64,000 bases of DNA from the human T2T-CHM13v2.0 reference genome, Homo sapiens. Position numbers and translations under genes: made by a program. Positions 59,026 through 64,000 of the stretch are shown here, one piece after another. The stretch is from assembly GCF_009914755.1 (NCBI RefSeq), contig NC_060944.1; one strand, 5' to 3'. The notes below the pieces were generated by a model. That model was not told the DNA's origin, ran no database searches, and saw nothing but the letters and a program-made list of their open reading frames with translations. Every line of letters starts with the position of its first letter. Within the stretch, counting starts at the first letter, position 1.

Positions 59026-59184
<159 letters not shown>

Positions 59185-59634
59185 TCAAAAAAATAAAAAT
59201 AAAATAAAATAAAATAAAAACGGATCACGAGGTCAGCAGATCGAGACCATCCTGGCTAACACAGTGAAACCCCGTCTCTACTAAAAATACAAAAAATTAA
59301 CCAGGTGTGGTGGCGGGCACCTGTAGTCCTAGCTACTTGGGAGGCTGAGGCAGAAGAATGGTGTGAACCCAGGAGGCGGAGCTGGCAGTGAGCCAAGACC
59401 ACGCCACTGCACTCCAGACTGGGAGACACAGTGAGACTCTGTCCCCCCAAAAAAAAAATTCAGATTCTAAAGAACCACTAGCTTTCTTCACTCCCAGGTT
59501 TCTTCAACAAAACTGGAAAAGGTAGGTATTGTCTACAAATCTTTACACTAGGTGACTGACTAATGATCTACATTTGAGGTTGCTTCTTTTTTTTTAATTT
59601 ATTTTTTATTTTATGTATTTATTCATGTTTTTGA

Positions 59635-60360
<726 letters not shown>

Positions 60361-61667
60361 TGAATAGCTGGGATTACACGCATGCGCCACCATGCTCAGC
60401 TAATTTTTGTATTTTCAGTAGAGACAGGGTTTCGCCATGTTGCCCAGGCTGGTCTCGAACTCCTGACCTCAGGTGATCTGCCTGCCTCGGCCTCCCAAAG
60501 TGCTAGGATTACAGATGTGAGCCACCGTGCCCAGCCTGATTCTTTTAATATTTGCATTTCAGCCATCTTTTGTAACTTACATTTTTTCTGATAGTGGAAT
60601 CAGAGGTTTAAAAAAAAATCAAAAAGCCAAACCATAAAATTCCATATTCACCTTCTTTCCAGGGCAGAACAAACTGAAGCCTGCCAAACTTGCTCCCTAA
60701 AACCAATAGGGTCAGAGGAATGCATGCCTTCCCAGTCTTCTCTGTATCTGCTGGCTTCTTTCTTTTTTCTGGCATGAGCACTCACCTCTAGACCACAGCC
60801 AGCCACTCCTCTGAGGGGAAAGCCCAGGCTTTCCTTCCTCTGCCTTTACATATCCTTTCTCTCCCTCTGCCCATGTTTCCCAGGTGTTCTACTTGCTGCT
60901 ACTTTAGTTAACATTTAATGACTATTAATACCATAATCCTTCATAGCTGACATCCTGTAACAACATCCCTTTGCCATCTAAATTACCTAGACCAATAGTA
61001 AGGAGATTTTTTAAAGAGCCTGAATTCATTTTCTTTATAGCAATATTAGTTAACCCATAGACAATTAATTATACACACAATCATATTACTTCAGTTTGGC
61101 ATGGGTTTACACATAGATCGTGCTTTTACAGTTATTTACAGATAACTTCCTTGTCTATTCCCAGCCCATACTAGAATTCCACCTGTAACTTTTCTAGCCA
61201 TGGTAGAAGTAGCAATTTCCCAAGCTACATTCCACAGTTATTCCTAACTTCTGGGTTAAAAATGCCCACTTCAGAGCCTCTTGAACCCCAACTACTAAAG
61301 TACCACTTTGAAATCTGCCTGCAAAAAATGTCCAGACTACCCATTCCCTTCCACGTCATACACCTTAGTCCATCTGTTCACACCATCCTCAGCCTGTCAA
61401 GCTTTCCTTACAGCTTTTTCTAAAAATGCCTCATCATGTCACCTACAAGCACAGAGCTGCATATATTGTGTTGCTCAATCACCTTCATTGAAATATTAGG
61501 ATGACTACATTAGGACAAAAACCTAAAACTCAGTTATATTTTAATTATCCTCACCTTAGATCACAGCCCATCCACAAATCATGTTTGATTTGGGTGGAAA
61601 AGGTCATTTTAGCACGAGAGTGTAGTGGTCAAAAGGATAGAATTCTGTCACCTGTTCATAAGTTTAG

Positions 61668-61925
<258 letters not shown>

Positions 61926-62712
61926 TGATCCGCCCGCCTCGGCTTCCCAAAGTGCTGGGATTACAGGCATGAGCCACCGCACCCAGTCGCTGATTTTTTT
62001 TTTTTTTTTGTATTTTAGTAGAGACGGGGTTTCACTGTGTTGCCCAGGCTGGTCTGAAACTCCTGAGCTCAGGCAATCCACCCACCTCGGCCTCCTAAAG
62101 TGCTAGGATTACAGGCATGAGCCACTGCGCCTGGCCGTTTAGGCCTCTTTTGCTAAAACTGCATGAAAGCATGTGTCAAGAGAACTCAGAGCATGATTGC
62201 CCTGGGATTTGACAGCAGGGCTGCACTTCATCATTCTGGGCAGCTCACATCTGGGAATTACTATCAGAAAAATATCTTTGTGCTGTGTCCCTTCTTTCTC
62301 ACTGACATCTGCTTTGGAGGGGAGATTTGGATGGAGTAAAGTTTCTAAGCAAGTGGGAGAAGGCCTAGAAATAGAACACTTCAAAGTGCAGGCCATAGTC
62401 GTTTCTCCTGATATATAATTGATTTTAGAAGATTTAAGCTTTTTCCTCTCTGGAAGCTGGCACCAGTTTTCTCCATTATAGAAAAGCTGCGGCTCTTTAA
62501 AGGGATGTAGAAATTTACTTTGACTGGAAAATATCTGAGGAGAGAACAGCTAGTCTTCAAAGTAGGAAAACCATTTGTCAAACGTTCTTGTGCCTCCTAC
62601 AGGGTAACACGGAGCTGTTGACAGTTTCCTCCTTTCTCCTACAGCCAAGTCAGGCAGGCATTAAAGGACAAACATGGTCTCTAAAAAGAAGGCTCAACAG
62701 AAAGCTTGGGTT

Positions 62713-63558
<846 letters not shown>

Positions 63559-64000
63559 GTTTTTGTTGTTTGAAGATGCCTTGGCTTGTCCTCCCTCCTA
63601 AGATTTGCTGGAATCTGACTACTTTGGGGTAGTCTTGGAGCTTCTGCTATTAAACCCTTTTCTTAAAATGTGCTAGGGCTGCCTAGTTGCTCTTCTATGT
63701 AAAGAAAAACGTCTCTGAAAGAGTGTGTTGATTTGAAAAGTATATTCATCATATTCCAGGAACAGCTTACATTTTCCCACACTTTCATCCTTAAATAAAA
63801 AGTTGGCTGGGTGCAGTGGCTCATTGCCTGTAATCCCAGCACTTTGGGAGGCCGAGGCAGGCGGATCACGAGGTCAGGAGATCGAGACCATCCTGGCTAA
63901 CACGGTGAAACCCCGTCTCTACTAAAAATACAAAAAATTAGCCAGACATGGTGGCAGGCGCCTGTAGTCCCAGCTACTTGGGAGTCTGAGGCAGGAGAAT

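Overview
Primate, most likely human, genomic DNA. I identify it as the 20q11.22 interval from EIF2S2 towards ASIP, by recognising sequence and without any database search. The only real protein-coding sequence is EIF2S2 exon 1 (minus strand, ATG at 2487, MSGDE, donor GTGAGG). It lies in a CpG-island promoter carrying ZNF143, NRF1, ETS and ATF4/CARE-type motifs. The remaining ~60 kb is intergenic and mostly transposon-derived: an RPS2 processed pseudogene, a deleted HERV-K(OLD)/HML-2 provirus (17322-26963) holding AluY elements and a full-length SVA and itself nested in two L1s, a solo LTR7Y, a deleted HERV9/LTR12 provirus (42449-48542), a solo LTR5, older LTR/L1/L2/MIR/MER20 remnants and dozens of Alus. 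Almost all of the ORF track is Alu, SVA or GC-rich noise. I see no new protein system. The most unusual signals are mechanistic scars: (1) a tandem double primer-binding site in the HERV9, apparently for two different tRNA-Arg isoacceptors; (2) five local template-switch or snap-back insertions; (3) an SVA sitting exactly on a proviral deletion junction; (4) two unrelated ERV LTRs integrated a few bases apart in Alu-consensus coordinates; and (5) a set of plus-strand LTR promoters with intact splice donors facing the presumed ASIP locus.
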